This document shows positions 20,813 to 33,586 of a stretch of DNA of 45,708 bases, in pieces. The notes under the pieces are model-generated. The model was not told the DNA's origin. It saw only the letters and a list, made by a program, of their open reading frames with translations, and searched no databases. How positions within the stretch are numbered: the first letter of the stretch is position 1; each line of letters opens with the position of its first letter. The position numbers and the translations under genes are program-made. The DNA comes from an uncultured Methanosarcinaceae archaeon (GTDB lineage: Archaea; Halobacteriota; Methanosarcinia; Methanosarcinales; Methanosarcinaceae): contig CAVRJG010000013.1 in NCBI GenBank assembly GCA_963721455.1, positions 1-45,708 of the forward strand. Reading direction: 5' to 3'.

Positions 20813-23800
20813 TTAGTCATGACCTTCTTTCTTCTCGTTTTCTAATTTGATCTCCCGCTCAGTTGTCGAAATGGCATACACCTCATTGGCTTCATTCAGT
20901 AGTGAGGTGACGGTCAGACATATCTTCAAGATTCGACCGTCCTTGCTGAGTCGCTGAGTAAGGTAAGGTTCCAAAACTTCAGCCCGGCTAAGCTTCTTCA
21001 GCACTGCCAACTCTTTTGTTCTCTGGCTTTTCGGGATCAGGTTGCTAATGTTCATTTTCAGGACCTCAGCTTCTGTCCAGCCGTACATCCTCTCTGCCAT
21101 CGGATTCCAGGCCAGGATGCGGCCCTCCATATCCTGCAGCATTATGGCATCACTCGCATCGTGCACTATCGCGGCCAGACGGCGTATGGCCTCGGATTCC
21201 TTCAAAATCTCCTTTGCCCGTTTCATCTCGGTAATATCAGTAAAGGTAATCACCGCTCCATTGACAACATTTTCAAGGGTGTGATAGGGTAGGATGCGTA
21301 GCAGGTACCATACACCCTTCTTAGTCTGGACTTCAATATCTTTGGGCATCAGAGTGTCCAGCACCTCCGTTGTGTCCTCTACCAGGTGATCATAACCTAA
21401 CAGGTTCGAGACGATGTCCCCAACTGACCGTCCCACATCGATCGGAAGCAGCTTGATTATATTTGTAACGGCAGGAGTGAAGCTTAGGATGTGCAGTTCA
21501 CGATCTACAAAGATGGTGCCTATACCTGTGCCGGCCATCAGGTTGTTCATATCGTCAATGGCATGCGACTGGTCAGTAACCTTATTTTGCAGTTCGGTAT
21601 TGACCGTGGTTAATTCCTCGTTAACTGACTGCAGTTCCTCCCTGGAGGCCCCCAGTTCCTCATTGGTGGATTGCAATTCCTGGTTCATTAACTGCATCTC
21701 TTCGTTGGAGGATTTGAGTTTTTCATTGGAGATCTCCAGTTCTTTGTTGTAAAAGTTGAGACGTTCTTCCTTTATCTGCAGTTTCCGATTAAGCTCTAAG
21801 ATGTGAACGTCAACCTCCGTTGAGCTCGCAGGGGCTTCTTGGCCAGCTTCTATTGTGGTAGCCTTTCCGGTTTGGCTCTGTTCCCACTCATGCAGTTCTT
21901 CAAAGGTAACCAGAAACAGTTTTGGCTCTTCAGCTGCGTCAAGGCCTGCTTTCACAGGTCGTAACGCCAGATTTACTGTAGTAAAGTCACCGTTAGTTTT
22001 GACCCGCAGCCCGGGGTGGAATACCGGCTCTTTATTAACAACAGCTTTGTACAGATCTGCAGTCAACTCCTGTCGCAATCCATCGCGGGCGATATTCAGG
22101 ATGTTCAGGCCAGCCTCATCAAGAACTGGTTCCAAATACATATCGACATGGCCATGAATATAGAGAACATCGCCGCGTTGATTGACGAGCACACCGTCTG
22201 GGGAATAATATTGCAGCATAGCCTGTTCGGTCAGCTTTCGTAGTTGAGGTTTGCTTTCGATAAGAGCCTTGCCTAACGGTTTTTGAGTTTCCCTGTTTTC
22301 CAGTCGTGGTGAGATAAATGTCCCTATGAAAGGGTATCCGCTGCGAACACCCTTTTTCTGATATAGATTCGACTTGCGATCCAGCGTGCCAAAAATGTTC
22401 TCAAACTCACCCACGGTTTCGGAGGAACCAAGGAAGAGAAATCCTCCTGGGTTCAAAGCATAGTGAAAAAGAGGAATGAGTTTCTTCTGCAGTTCCCTGT
22501 CCATGTAGATCAGCACGTTGCGACAACTGAGCAGGTCAAGTTTAGAGAACGGCGGGTCTTTGATAATGTCCTGTTCAGAAAAAAGTATCATGTCACGGAT
22601 ACTTTTATGGACGTGGTAATCGCCGTCTGAATTCTGGGTAAAGAAGCGCTCTAGCCTTTCCGGTGAAACATCGATGGAAATGATGGGGGGATAGATGCCT
22701 CTGCGGGCTTCTTCAATGGCCCGGCTGTCAATATCGGTCGCAAAAATTTGTACCTTGAAATATTGTTTCAACATTTCCATCTGCTCCTGGCACAGGATGC
22801 CAATGGAATATGCCTCCTCACCTGTTGAGCAGCCGGGTACCCAGATACGTATCGTTGATTTTAGGTACTTGCTGGTAAAGAGATTCGGGATGACTTTTTT
22901 CTGGAGTGCCTCGAATGCCGCAGGATTGCGGAAAAAACTGGTAACGCCAATTAAAAGGTCATGAAAGAGCGCCTCCACCTCGGCAGGTTTATGCTCTAAA
23001 TAATTCACATACTCATCCACACTTTTGAGATTCTTGATGGCCATGCGCCGCTCCATGCGGCGAATGATGGTGTTCTTCTTGTAATGGGAAAAGTCGTGAC
23101 CTGTCTGGATGCGCAGAAGGTTGAATATTTTTATCATCGAGTCTTCAGCCTTGGGGACCACTTTGGGCCTTTTTCCAAAGACTTGAGTGACATAGGCAAT
23201 GAGCTGGCCCGGCATCTCGACCGGCGGCAAAATGTAGTCTACCAAACCTGTAGCAATGACACTGCGTGGCATGCCGTCATACTCACTGGATTCAGGACTC
23301 TGTGCCATTACCATGCCGCCTCCGGCCTTGATAACCTGTACCCCAAGTGCGCCATCGCTGCCTGTACCCGAGAGTACAATGCCAATGGCCAACTCTTGCT
23401 TGCTCAGAGCCAGGGATCGGAAAAATAAATCGATTGGCAGGCGATGGCCGTGCGGCTCGGCCGGCTCCTGCAACTGTAGCGTACCATACTCAAGAATCAT
23501 GTCGCGATTAGGCGGAATGACATAGACACAGTTAGGCTGGACAACCATCCCGTCCTTGACTTCATAAACCGACATACGTGTATAGCGCCTTATCAGGTCA
23601 GTGAGGATACTCTTGTGGTTCGGATCAAGGTGCTGCACCAGAACAAAGGCCATTCTTGGCTCTATGCCATCGGGAATAGCTGAAAAGAAGGCTTCGAATG
23701 CAGCCAGCCCACCAGCAGACGCGCCGATCCCAACGATAGGAAAATCCTCTTTGGGGGATTTATTCGAGTCTGCATCTGAAGTAGGGTGCTCACTGATAAA

Positions 23801-23878
23801 GGTCTCTCCCGTAGTATGCAGCTGTTCCTCTTTTGGCACCTGCGTTTTTTCCTTGCCTGTAGTTTTATTTTTGACCAT
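20813..23878 (-). CDS. CheB methylesterase - CheR methyltransferase - coiled coil - PAS fusion protein
   Basis: GIGASAGG, VQH and LSGTGSDG (CheB); VTSFFRN, GCSTGEEAYS, ATDID and CRNVLIY (CheR); ELQSTNEEL heptads; C-terminal PAS; no kinase domain. Confidence 0.92.
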   Translation of the reverse strand: MVKNKTTGKEKTQVPKEEQLHTTGETFISEHPTSDADSNKSPKEDFPIVGIGASAGGLAAFEAFFSAIPDGIEPRMAFVLVQHLDPNHKSILTDLIRRYTRMSVYEVKDGMVVQPNCVYVIPPNRDMILEYGTLQLQEPAEPHGHRLPIDLFFRSLALSKQELAIGIVLSGTGSDGALGVQVIKAGGGMVMAQSPESSEYDGMPRSVIATGLVDYILPPVEMPGQLIAYVTQVFGKRPKVVPKAEDSMIKIFNLLRIQTGHDFSHYKKNTIIRRMERRMAIKNLKSVDEYVNYLEHKPAEVEALFHDLLIGVTSFFRNPAAFEALQKKVIPNLFTSKYLKSTIRIWVPGCSTGEEAYSIGILCQEQMEMLKQYFKVQIFATDIDSRAIEEARRGIYPPIISIDVSPERLERFFTQNSDGDYHVHKSIRDMILFSEQDIIKDPPFSKLDLLSCRNVLIYMDRELQKKLIPLFHYALNPGGFLFLGSSETVGEFENIFGTLDRKSNLYQKKGVRSGYPFIGTFISPRLENRETQKPLGKALIESKPQLRKLTEQAMLQYYSPDGVLVNQRGDVLYIHGHVDMYLEPVLDEAGLNILNIARDGLRQELTADLYKAVVNKEPVFHPGLRVKTNGDFTTVNLALRPVKAGLDAAEEPKLFLVTFEELHEWEQSQTGKATTIEAGQEAPASSTEVDVHILELNRKLQIKEERLNFYNKELEISNEKLKSSNEEMQLMNQELQSTNEELGASREELQSVNEELTTVNTELQNKVTDQSHAIDDMNNLMAGTGIGTIFVDRELHILSFTPAVTNIIKLLPIDVGRSVGDIVSNLLGYDHLVEDTTEVLDTLMPKDIEVQTKKGVWYLLRILPYHTLENVVNGAVITFTDITEMKRAKEILKESEAIRRLAAIVHDASDAIMLQDMEGRILAWNPMAERMYGWTEAEVLKMNISNLIPKSQRTKELAVLKKLSRAEVLEPYLTQRLSKDGRILKICLTVTSLLNEANEVYAISTTEREIKLENEKKEGHD

Positions 23879-24011
23879 ATTATCGCATCCTTTCATGCTT
23901 AAACCTGAATCACTATAATGCCTTCCATAAGTATTTGGTTAATTGAAGAAGGCAGTGTGCCAATTTTGATGTAAAACCATAAATCTCAAGAAGTTATTGT
24001 ATGGAAAATTC

Positions 24012-24045
24012 GTATCCTCTTCAAATTGTATGGGGAAGCTCTCAA
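24012..24045. mobile_element. Solo IS66-type terminal repeat
   Basis: GTATCCTCTTCAAATTG is the exact reverse complement of 14663-14679. Confidence 0.7.
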
Positions 24046-24094
24046 ATTAGAATTTTGACTTAAAAACCTATTCTTTTTTTCACTGAGTGTGATA

Positions 24095-24644
24095 GGCACT
24101 TGTCTTTATTCGATAGTGGCAACTTTAAATAATGCCAGATATGCCGTTCTCATGGCGAAAAACAGTATGTTATATAAAGGAGTCCTCTTAGAGGACTCCT
24201 TCGATAACTATCTTAGCAGAGAAAGCACTTCAATTTGCCAATTCCTGTACTTCCTCTGCATTGACGATATTGCAAAGCACGTCGAGCGTACTTTTTATAC
24301 CAACAAAAGTTGGCACTTTAAATACAGTGTTTCTTCTACGGTAAAACTCTTTGTTGTGAAATGTTTCAGGAAACTTTCATATGATAAAACCATTTCTTCC
24401 TTAACAGAGGAAGAAGCTTTCGTGCTCTCTTAATGACCAGTATAAACAAAGAGCCGAATGTGAAAAGATACATGGACATATTAAGGGTACAGTAAAATTC
24501 GATATCAGAAGAGTGAGAAATGAGAGTAGAGGACTCTACTCTCTATTGAGTTTCATAGCATATCAACTGCTGGTGCTGACAGAAATGCAAAATAAAGTTG
24601 GAAATAAAATTCATTTGGGAGATACTTTTAAAGAAACGGGTGTC
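24095..24644 (+). pseudogene. Internally deleted IS remnant (DDE transposase N- and C-termini only; family uncertain)
   Basis: MAKNSMLY...WHFKYSVSSTVKLF...LSYDKTISSL, then out-of-frame YKQRAECEKIHGHIKG...; weak IRs GGCACTTGT / ACGGGTGTC. Confidence 0.6.
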
Positions 24645-24668
24645 AAATTAGATTATAGATTTTAAGAG

Positions 24669-24800
24669 CTAATTTGAGATCCTCGTATACACCTGCATTC
24701 CAAAAAGATAGCTTTTTATTGTAGATTGTTTTATATTAATAATGCTAATCCATTCCATAACCACTTGATCTGACTTTAAGTCGATAAGTTTCGTGTTATT
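24669..24800 (-). pseudogene. Possible N-terminal remnant of a tyrosine integrase
   Basis: DLKSDQVVMEWISIINIKQSTIKSYLFGMQVYT resembles, from memory, archaeal integrase N-terminal helices; no catalytic domain. Confidence 0.3.
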
Positions 24801-24872
24801 TGGAATGAGTTGAAGATATATTAACTTAAGCAGTCGCTTTTTGTGAGATAAATACAATAGGGGGAGTGAAAT

Positions 24873-25103
24873 ATAGCTGATAAGGCAGACAAAGTTGCTG
24901 AAAATGTTCCAGGACCTTATTATTGTGACTACGAATGTATCGCATGTAACCTTTGTGTGGACACTGCGCCAGAGAATTTCAAGATGAATGAAGACGATTC
25001 CAATGCCTTTGTATACAAGCAGCCTGAAAACGAAGAGGAAAAGGAAGCCTGCAAAGAGGCATTAGAAAGCTGCCCGGTTGACGCGATAGGAAACGACGGT
25101 TGA
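24873..25103 (+). CDS. Small ferredoxin (76 aa), absent from the ORF track; ATA at the start position
   Basis: (M)ADKADKVAENVPGPYYCDYECIACNLCVDTAPENF...CKEALESCPVDAIGNDG*; GGGGGAGTGA RBS just upstream; in-frame TGA at 24867. Confidence 0.85.
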   Translation: MADKADKVAENVPGPYYCDYECIACNLCVDTAPENFKMNEDDSNAFVYKQPENEEEKEACKEALESCPVDAIGNDG

Positions 25104-25214
25104 AGTGGTTTTTTGATTTAAGCCGATTTCCTTAGCTTTTTATCAATTTTCAATTTTATCAATTTTTAATGCTTTTTACCGCCTTTTACTACTTTTTGCC
25201 GCTTTTTTGCTTCT

Positions 25215-25988
25215 TTATTGATGCTCAATTTCGGAGTAAATTCTGGAAAGCCCCTGCAGGGTGGAGTATCCTTTTCTTGTGATTATATAATCCCCGCGTT
25301 CACTTCGCTGTAAGACCATGCCTGTTTCAAGCAGTTTCTGGAGGTGGAAAAGCAGGTTTCCTCCGCGTAGCCCCGTAAGTTTCGAAAGTTCTGAAAAGGC
25401 CTTGCTTTCTCCTGAAAGCGCTTTGAGCATAACGAGTCGCTGCCTGTTTGCTACCGGCTCGCAGATTTCAGAGACCAGCCTGTCAGGTTCTATCTCGCTT
25501 ATATCAGCTGTTTTAGCCCCTTCTTCCCTCTCTTCATAGATCTGGAGCGAACGCATGAGTTTAACCTGTTTTTCAAAGAGGTTCGTAGCTTCCGAAAAGC
25601 ACTTGCTGCAGTTGGGGGTTTTTGCTTCCTTTTTTAACTCTTCCAGCCTGTCCCTGTACAGCTTTACAGTCTCGGCTTCGATCCTGCCCCTGCCAACAAG
25701 TCCTGCTGTTTCCTGCAAAAGATCCCTAAAAGTTTTTTCACAGAAATCCCGCATCCCGCAGTCCCGTACCATCTGGCTGTGCATCCTATCGTTTGCGTCC
25801 TCACACAGGTAGTCCACCATGGGCTTCATGAAGCTCTTCCTCATTTCTCCAAGCATTCCTTCAATGTGCTGCTGGTTCGCCCGTTGCAAAAACCGTGAGA
25901 ATTCGCCCCTCAGGGTTGTAACTTCTTCCTTAATAGAATGCAGTTCCTCCCTGTAATAAATCTCAGAACTTTCGTGTGCTGTCTCCAC
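25215..25988 (-). CDS. ArsR-like regulator with a C-terminal wHTH and a Cys-containing N-terminal domain
   Basis: VANRQRLVMLKAL...FSELSKLTGLRGGNLLFHLQKL...YIITRKG; cysteines in CxxxxxC and CxxC motifs. Confidence 0.85.
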   Translation of the reverse strand: METAHESSEIYYREELHSIKEEVTTLRGEFSRFLQRANQQHIEGMLGEMRKSFMKPMVDYLCEDANDRMHSQMVRDCGMRDFCEKTFRDLLQETAGLVGRGRIEAETVKLYRDRLEELKKEAKTPNCSKCFSEATNLFEKQVKLMRSLQIYEEREEGAKTADISEIEPDRLVSEICEPVANRQRLVMLKALSGESKAFSELSKLTGLRGGNLLFHLQKLLETGMVLQRSERGDYIITRKGYSTLQGLSRIYSEIEHQ

Positions 25989-26143
25989 CTTTATCTGCCT
26001 CGAAAAATGCTCAAAAATTGGATTGGATGCAATTAAAATTATTTTAATTAAAGATTGTCTTAATTAGAGCCAATAATTAACATTGTTAATTAAAACTGTT
26101 AATTGAAGGCATTATTAAAGGTTGTTATTAAAGGTCATTTTTC

Positions 26144-26204
26144 TACACAACCTTGAAGCAGGTACACAATTATGACGCTCAAGTATATAAATATACACAA
26201 CCTT
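26144..26204 (+). promoter_or_regulatory. TATA box flanked by TACACAA(CCTT) direct repeats
   Basis: TACACAACCTT at 26144 and 26194, TACACAA at 26163, TATATAAATA at 26184. Confidence 0.5.
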
Positions 26205-26224
26205 CCTGATTTTGGTGATAAATC

Positions 26225-26425
26225 ATGGAATTACAGGACATAAACAACTTCGTACAAACCGCAAATGAAGAGCAGCTCAAAGCCTTTGGCTTCCTGGGGC
26301 AGTGGATGATGGAAAACGTCCCTAAATACTGCACCTGCACCTCAAAGTGCAATCAGAACTGCGAGCTTGCAAAGGCACTGGGCGGAGCGCTTCAAACTGC
26401 CGGACAGAGACTTCAGGGACAGTAA
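26225..26425 (+). CDS. Small hypothetical protein (66 aa) with a CxCxxxCxxxC cluster
   Basis: GGTGA RBS, TATA box upstream, protein-like composition. Confidence 0.75.
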   Translation: MELQDINNFVQTANEEQLKAFGFLGQWMMENVPKYCTCTSKCNQNCELAKALGGALQTAGQRLQGQ

Positions 26426-26670
26426 GCGGGATAAACAAGCAAAAATAAGCAGAAATGCAGGATTGCATCAAACAGAATTGTATTAAGCAGGATTCTTACC
26501 TTAATCCTGCTGCCCCTTCATTTTTTTTATTTTTTAATTTATCTGTTATCTATGGCCCGACTTTCGGGAAATTTTCTGGAAACTCTTCCTGTGCTGGCCG
26601 GAAACCATGTTATATATTTTATATAAGCCAGAGGATATATTTAATTCAGAATCTAATCGGGGAGTTCAAG

Positions 26671-27108
26671 ATGGAACCAACGAAGTCCGAAAGGGAGAGC
26701 TTCTGGGACGCAAAAACCTATGCAGTCATCACCGATCATACAAAGCCCGCGATAAAGTGGGCTATATCCGAACTTAAAAACCGGGGCAAGAATGTCTATG
26801 TCATCGATCTTTCCGACAAGCCGGAACCCGGCTCTTTAAGAAATGTATCCGAACTTCCAGCCGGTCTCGACCGCGCCGTCCTCGGCGTCACAAAAACCGA
26901 CCCTGGAAATCTTATCCCTGCCCTGAAAGAGAAAGGCATAACCAAAATCTGGCTCCACTGGAGAACCGAGACCGAAAAAGCCGTGGAAACCTGCAAGGCA
27001 GAAGGTCTCGAATGCATGACCGAACACTGCCCAATGATGTACCTCGGAAGTGGGTTAAGTATACATGGGATGCACAGGGCGATTGCGAAGATGATGGGGA
27101 AGTATTGA
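26671..27108 (+). CDS. CoA-binding domain protein (CoA_binding_2 / YccU-like)
   Basis: TYAVIT..., GITKIWLH...AVETCKAEGL...CPMM; GGGGAG RBS before ATG 26671. Confidence 0.7.
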   Translation: MEPTKSERESFWDAKTYAVITDHTKPAIKWAISELKNRGKNVYVIDLSDKPEPGSLRNVSELPAGLDRAVLGVTKTDPGNLIPALKEKGITKIWLHWRTETEKAVETCKAEGLECMTEHCPMMYLGSGLSIHGMHRAIAKMMGKY

Positions 27109-27276
27109 AGAAAAGGATGGATTTGTTTTCGGAACCTTTGCTTGTTCACGGTTTTAAAACCCGGTCCCTATCTCCGGTCGCGTAGCGAACGGCTTTTTCA
27201 GAATGCAAATTCGAAAACCAATATCTGCATACCAGATCATATCAACGCCAGTGATAATCATACTGTGAAGCAAATT

Positions 27277-30284
<3,008 letters not shown>

Positions 30285-30516
30285 GCAATTCCTCTGGAAA
30301 ATGGGCTCAAAATCGGAAATCTTCGGTTTGATAACGTATTTTCAACTTGTCCTATTTTTCAACTTGTCCTATATTACACTGCTGAAAATCTTCAATTTTA
30401 AAAATCAGAAAAGTTCTTTCCAAACTCCAATAAGAACTTTTAACCTCTACCGGATGGATAAATACAGCTAAAAACGCAATGCATGAGAGGTGTACACGGA
30501 AACAATAACATTAGCG

Positions 30517-30570
30517 GTGAGAGAGTAAGGTATGTTAGATATTCCATTGCCGATAATCTTCGATTTTTTT
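30517..30570. repeat. Direct repeat, copy 1 (partner at 33511-33563)
   Basis: Identical 23-mer ATATTCCATTGCCGATAATCTTC (30539-30561 and 33533-33555) plus shared GTGAGAGAG. Confidence 0.8.
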
Positions 30571-30688
30571 ACTTATAACCTCTTTACACTAATGTTTTTT
30601 ATTACAGTCACCGCAATTTTAAGGAAAAAAATTGATACACTGGAGTTACAGTTAAATATCCAGCTAACAATTCTAATTAGTGGGAATT

Positions 30689-31316
30689 ATGGCTGGGAAA
30701 TATGTAATTACTGGCAGGATCAGGGATAAGGACAATAGTTCTGTTGAAGGCTACACTGTAGAAGCCTATGATAGTGATCCGGATCCTTTTGGTTTAGATG
30801 ATGACCTTCTTGGAAGCACAAAAACCGATAAAGACGGTGATTTTGGAATAAGCTTCGACGAACTTGATTTTAAAGAAAGGTTAGAATGGCTTGAAGGAAA
30901 CCCTGAAGTTTATCTGGATATAAAGGATGAAGATAATTGGGTCGTAATCAGGACAACGGATAAGGAAAACAAGACCCGGAGTATGGATTTTCAGATAAAG
31001 CTTGGTAAGAACCCTGGCAATAGGTCCGAACCTGACCTTTACTACGATAGTATTATAAGAATAATTGCAGGGCTCAGGGCATCGGGGGATCGCCGCAGAC
31101 CTATCAAAGAGTGACGTTAGGGTCATATTTGAGCTGTTATTGAGAGTGCTTAAAAGCTGGACTATCAACAGGGACGAGGTTTTAAAGCTATCCGGATATG
31201 ATGGTATCCAGGTACCAAAAAACCCAAGAGAACAAAAACATGATCACGTCACCCGCTGGGATAAACCACTATTAAAAGACTTGAATCTTGTTGAAAGATC
31301 AGGATTTGCTTTTTAA
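30689..31316 (+). CDS. Transthyretin-like / carboxypeptidase-regulatory-like beta-domain protein, frameshift at about 31091
   Basis: ITGRIRD...VEAYDSD...DDLLGSTKTDKDGDFGISF...PEVYL; continues in the next frame AADLSKSD... Confidence 0.6.
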
Positions 31317-31582
31317 TAAATTCTATAGAGAATTCCGATAAGCCTCTGATTTCAATGAATTGTTTATATGCTCTTTATAAACAACCGGTCAAATATTGGG
31401 ATTTATCAAAATCCTCTATAATATTTATAGAATTTATTTAAAATTAAACCGGTGGTCGTGATTATTAAAATTATCAAATATAATCCAAACTACTGTCGAT
31501 TTTAATTTGCTGCAAGTCCTTAGTTCTGTCGAAGATGCTTAAATAAGCTGTATTAATAAAATTTAAATGATGGCTTCATTGA

Positions 31583-31670
31583 TTGATTGCATTAATTGAT
31601 TGCATTAATTGATTACATTAGTTGATTGCTTAGTTGATTGCTTAGTTGATTGCTTAGTTGATTGCATTAA
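31583..31670. repeat. 7 x 12-13-bp minisatellite
   Basis: TTGATTGCATTAA and TTGATTGCTTAG units. Confidence 0.9.
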
Positions 31671-31708
31671 TTGACATATTGATTGAAGTGGACAGGGGGT
31701 TAACAGAT

Positions 31709-33283
31709 TTGAATGCAATTTATGGGACCGAAAATTTTGAGGAGAGGAACGAGAACTACCGAACCATTGATCGCGATATGAAGGTAGATGCTGATGTCTG
31801 CATTATAGGCTCCGGAGCAGCAGGCTCAATTCTCGCTGCAAAACTTTCAATGGCCGGAAAGTCAGTAGTGGTCCTCGAGAAAGGGGGTTACTTTGAAGGG
31901 GAGGATATGAACCAGAGGGATGAAGATATGCTCCCTTTACTATGGAAAAACAGCGGAGCGAATTTTACAGATGACTTGAGGATAGCAATAGCCCAGGGCT
32001 CAACCCTTGGAGGGGGCACGGCCATCAACGATGCTATCTGCATCCCAATACCCGGTGTGGTAAGAAGGCAGTGGAGGAATTTAGGAGTAGATATCCAGGA
32101 TGAAGAATGGGACAGGGCCACAGCTGAAGTATCGAAAGAAATACATGTAACAAGGGTAAGGGATGATGAGATTAATCTCAACAACCTCATGTTAAAGAAG
32201 GGTTGTACGCTGATGGGCTTTAAAGAACACTATCCGAATGACAGGAACTGTGTAAATTGTATGCGTTGCGGCCTTTGCCATCTCGGATGTCACTACGAGA
32301 CAAAACAGGAGATGAGGGTTACGTACATCCATAAAGCCCTAAATGACCCGAAATCAAAGATAAATATCTTCTGCAATTGCTCGGCTGAGAAGATAACAGG
32401 CTCTGAGGGGACAATTGATGGTGTTGAAGGGAATTTTTTAAACCGGATCGGAAGTACAGTCTATAAGATAAGGGTTAATGCAAAAATGGTGGTTATAGCC
32501 GCAGGTTCCATTGGATCAACATATATACTGATTAAAAATTCCATCGCAAAAGGTAAGGCAGGGAAGTGCCTTGCCCTGCATCCTGCACCTTTTATCCTTG
32601 GAGACTTTGCCTTTGAAATTAGAGCCAACCAGGGTATACCCATAAGCTATACCCTGCACGAGTTTGGAGTAACAAACGGAGTCGAAGACGGAGGATTTCT
32701 TATACAGGCTGTATATCTACCCCCATTACAGTTTTCAATGGCACTACCAGCAACCGGAGGACAGAGCAGAGATCTTATGAGCAGATATAATTATTTTGCA
32801 ATGGCAGGTGTGGAAACAAGGGACAATTCCAATGGTGTAATTACATTAACAGACCTTGGATTTCCTAGAGTGACCTATTCCTTTGGTGAAAAAGAACTGG
32901 ATACAATGTCCAGGGGTGTTTCAATAATTTCAAAGATGTGGTTCAGGCTCGGTGCAACAAGGGTTATAACTTCTCATATGGTAAAAAGCGTACTAAAAAA
33001 CGAAAGTGAAATTCCCGAGCTGATAAATGCCATAAAAAAAGATCCGAAGAACTTTTTGGTCGGTTCTGCCCATCCTCAGGGAGGCAACCGAATGGGAAGT
33101 GATCCGGATAACTGCGTAGTGGACTCTAACTGTAAAGTGTATGGATTCAGGAACCTTTTTGTCTGTGACGCAAGTGTTTTTCCAACAGCAGTTGGCGTAA
33201 ATCCTCAACTGAGTGTTATGGCACTGGCTTCTTTAATATCTGATAGAATAAACAAAAAATGGAGTGATTTAGTATCCGAATAA
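31709..33283 (+). CDS. GMC family FAD oxidoreductase
   Basis: IIGSGAAG, VLEKGG, LGGGTAIN, CxxCxxCxxCxxGC, HPQGGNRMG, DASVFP and VNPQL motifs; TTG start after AGGGGG. Confidence 0.92.
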   Translation: MNAIYGTENFEERNENYRTIDRDMKVDADVCIIGSGAAGSILAAKLSMAGKSVVVLEKGGYFEGEDMNQRDEDMLPLLWKNSGANFTDDLRIAIAQGSTLGGGTAINDAICIPIPGVVRRQWRNLGVDIQDEEWDRATAEVSKEIHVTRVRDDEINLNNLMLKKGCTLMGFKEHYPNDRNCVNCMRCGLCHLGCHYETKQEMRVTYIHKALNDPKSKINIFCNCSAEKITGSEGTIDGVEGNFLNRIGSTVYKIRVNAKMVVIAAGSIGSTYILIKNSIAKGKAGKCLALHPAPFILGDFAFEIRANQGIPISYTLHEFGVTNGVEDGGFLIQAVYLPPLQFSMALPATGGQSRDLMSRYNYFAMAGVETRDNSNGVITLTDLGFPRVTYSFGEKELDTMSRGVSIISKMWFRLGATRVITSHMVKSVLKNESEIPELINAIKKDPKNFLVGSAHPQGGNRMGSDPDNCVVDSNCKVYGFRNLFVCDASVFPTAVGVNPQLSVMALASLISDRINKKWSDLVSE

Positions 33284-33390
33284 AGAGGAGAAGCAATCGA
33301 AAAAGGCTTTTTAAGCGAAACCAATTTAGTTCAATCTAATAGAGTCCTTTTAACGAGTCTGATGAGTCTTTTTAATTTTTTCCAAATTTT

Positions 33391-33506
33391 GGTCGTGGGG
33401 GCGAGTTACTGAAAACCATGAACACAAGAATTTCTCTATATTTTCCCTCAAACACGGGTAATGCACTCGTTTTTTCAGATTTGATCAATGATTCATGGAC
33501 ACGACC
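33391..33506. mobile_element. Possible 116-bp MITE with IS1-like ends
   Basis: GGTCGTG...CACGACC; the right end resembles the IS1 end at 43520-43534. Confidence 0.4.
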
Positions 33507-33510
33507 ACCT

Positions 33511-33563
33511 GTGAGAGAGGAGAGGATTTTGAATATTCCATTGCCGATAATCTTCTATTTTTT
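33511..33563. repeat. Direct repeat, copy 2
   Basis: See 30517-30570. Confidence 0.8.
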
Positions 33564-33586
33564 CTATTGTCTGGCTCTCCTGAAAT

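Noticed and set aside
26455-26670. N-terminal extension of the CoA-binding ORF
   Set aside because: It runs through a hairpin/T-tract and a TATA-like region; the RBS favours ATG 26671.
33364-33383. GAGTCTTTTTAATTTTTTC resembling the IS256-like IR
   Set aside because: Low-complexity T-rich sequence after the GMC stop with no partner end; more likely a terminator.
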